From: the human T2T-CHM13v2.0 reference genome, Homo sapiens
Direction: 5' to 3' (one strand)
Assembly (NCBI RefSeq): GCF_009914755.1
Contig: NC_060926.1
DNA length: 64,000 nt
A model generated the notes under the pieces. The model searched no databases. It was given only the letters and a program-made list of their open reading frames with translations, and was not told the origin of the DNA. Positions 53,508 through 64,000 of this stretch are shown piece after piece. Each line of letters starts with the position of its first letter. Positions within the stretch are counted from its first letter, which is position 1. Made by a program: the position numbers and the translations under genes.

Positions 53508-53589
53508 CTAGCAAGTCCACATTTTCAAAAGGGAATAGACTGTCAATCTCCATATTTTATCTAGCAATTATAGTAAAAAATAAGTAACA

Positions 53590-53810
53590 TAACAAGTGCA
53601 TATTTTGTGCGAGCCAATATGTGAAGTGTTTTATGTGCCAATTCTTAATTACTCATTACAAAAATCATATAAGGTAAGTATTATCATTATTTTCAGATGA
53701 GGAAACTCAGGAAGAAAGAAAGGGACTAGGTAACTGGCCCAAACTGCTAGTAAGTGGTGAGGCTGTGATTGAACCCAGACAGAGTGAGTCCAGAGCCAGT
53801 GTGCTCTAGT
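53590..53810 (-). mobile_element. MIR
   Basis: ATTTTCAGATGAGGAAACTCAGG...TTGAACCCAGACAG core. Confidence 0.75.
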
Positions 53811-54114
53811 GCCTGCAGAGAAGCAAAACTTCATTGATCTGGATCATATTAATTCAGAATTTGTGAAAATAAAATTCCGACATGAGCTGGGTTAAAGCTT
53901 TTAAACCATAATAAATTGTTAAGCAATTTAATGTATGGATATTAGAAGGAGTATCTAATTTATGTTACTTATCAAAATGTTTTCAATAACTTAGAAATAT
54001 AAACTACTATATAAATAACATCGAATTATTATTGTTTATGTTTTTCCATGAAAGCTTCCATCCTTGTAGTCACTCATTTATGTATTAATTGAAGTAATAT
54101 AACTGCAGTTTTAA

Positions 54115-62795
<8,681 letters not shown>

Positions 62796-63154
62796 TCCTA
62801 ACTGCAGTTTTAAAATACAATAAAATTCTATTGAACTATGTATTTCATGGTTATAGGCAGATATATGAAGGACCAAATTATGACCAAACTCCTGAAGTCT
62901 TATGTTTCACTGCTATCTTCTTAATATGCTACATTCCTACCATTCTGTTTTATTTTCAGTTTCCAGACAGACCACAGAGTTTTCTCTCTTCTGAGTATTT
63001 GTATATCTTGTCTTTCAGCCATGTTTGCCTTATCCCTACTCACTTCCTATTCAGCCTTTTTTTTTTTTCAAATTTTTTTGGGGTTGGGGTGAGTGGAAAT
63101 GTAACATATAAAAGAAAAAGACACAAAACATGCTTAAAACTACTAACACTAGGA

Positions 63155-63483
63155 CAGCGGTCCCCAACTTTTTGGCACCAGGGACTGGTTTCATTGAAGG
63201 CGGTTTTTCTACAGATGTGGGTGGGGAGTGGACGGTTTGAGATGAAACTGTTCCACTTCAGATCATCAGGCATTAGTTAGATTCTCATAAGAAGTTTGCA
63301 ACCTAGATCCCTTGCACGCGCAGTTCACAATACATGCTCCTATGAGAACCTATGAGAATCCAATGCCGTTGCTAATTAGGCAGTAATGCTCACTGGCCTG
63401 CTGCTCACCTCTGGCTGTGTGGCCCTGTTCGTGACAGGCCACAGACCAGTACCAGTCTGCAGCCTGGGGGTTGGGGACCCCTG
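63155..63483 (+). mobile_element. MER1B-like hAT MITE
   Basis: TIRs CAGCGGTCCCCAAC / GTTGGGGACCCCTG; 8-bp TSD CACTAGGA / CACTAGGG. Confidence 0.9.
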
Positions 63484-63786
63484 CACTAGGGTAACCACTA
63501 TCCATTCAAAAATTAGAAAATAGCCAGCACTTCAGAAGCCTTTACCCTTTCCCATCACAATGCTCCTGTCCCCTCCGTAATACCCTGATTTTTATGATAA
63601 TGACTTTTTTTTGCCTTTCTTCTTAGTTTACTTCCCAGAATGCAGCCCTAAACACTATACTTCCGTTTGAGCATATAAAGGGAAGCATATAGCATGGACT
63701 TGTGTGTCTGTCTTCACTCAATATTATGCTTGTGGAATTCATCTTGTGTAATTGTAGTTCCTCTGTTTCCACTGCAGTGTGCTAAG

Positions 63787-63927
63787 AGTTGGCGAACTGT
63801 GGCCTGTGGTCTGTTTTGTTATATATTGTCTATGGCTGCTTTAGCGCTACAACAGGAGAGTTGAATAGTTGTGACAGAGACCTCATATTTACCATCCAAC
63901 CCTTTAAGGGTATTTGCTGATTTCTGC
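63787..63927 (+). mobile_element. MER58-like fragment within an old L1ME-like remnant
   Basis: ATTGTCTATGGCTGCTTT...GAGTTGAATAGTTGTGACAGAGACC. Confidence 0.7.
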
Positions 63928-64000
63928 AGTATTGTGTGAGTATACCACAATTTATTTTTCCATTCTTTTGTTTTTTGGAGTTCCGGGTTGTTTACACCTT

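Overview
Primate (most likely human) genomic DNA lying entirely inside the minus-strand gene RFTN2 (raftlin family member 2). Six internal coding exons (probably exons 2-7) have canonical GT-AG boundaries and join in one reading frame. The first and last exons lie outside the window. The introns are mostly transposon-derived: a full-length, ORF-disabled L1PA2-like element with TSD, a full-length SVA with TSD 125 nt from a splice acceptor, further truncated or old L1s, about 30 Alus, Tigger1, Tigger3a, a Tc2/pogo (Kanga-like) fossil, MADE1, MER1B, a THE1 solo LTR and an ERV1 LTR fragment. The most striking unexplained structure is a 189-bp inverted repeat (about 95% identical, no indels, not recognised as Alu or L1) at 51098-51750, whose 275-bp loop holds four TGTAAACA forkhead motifs. 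Repeat subfamily names and exon numbers come from recalled consensus sequences and need RepeatMasker/Dfam and genome alignment to confirm. Repeat ends without a TSD are approximate.
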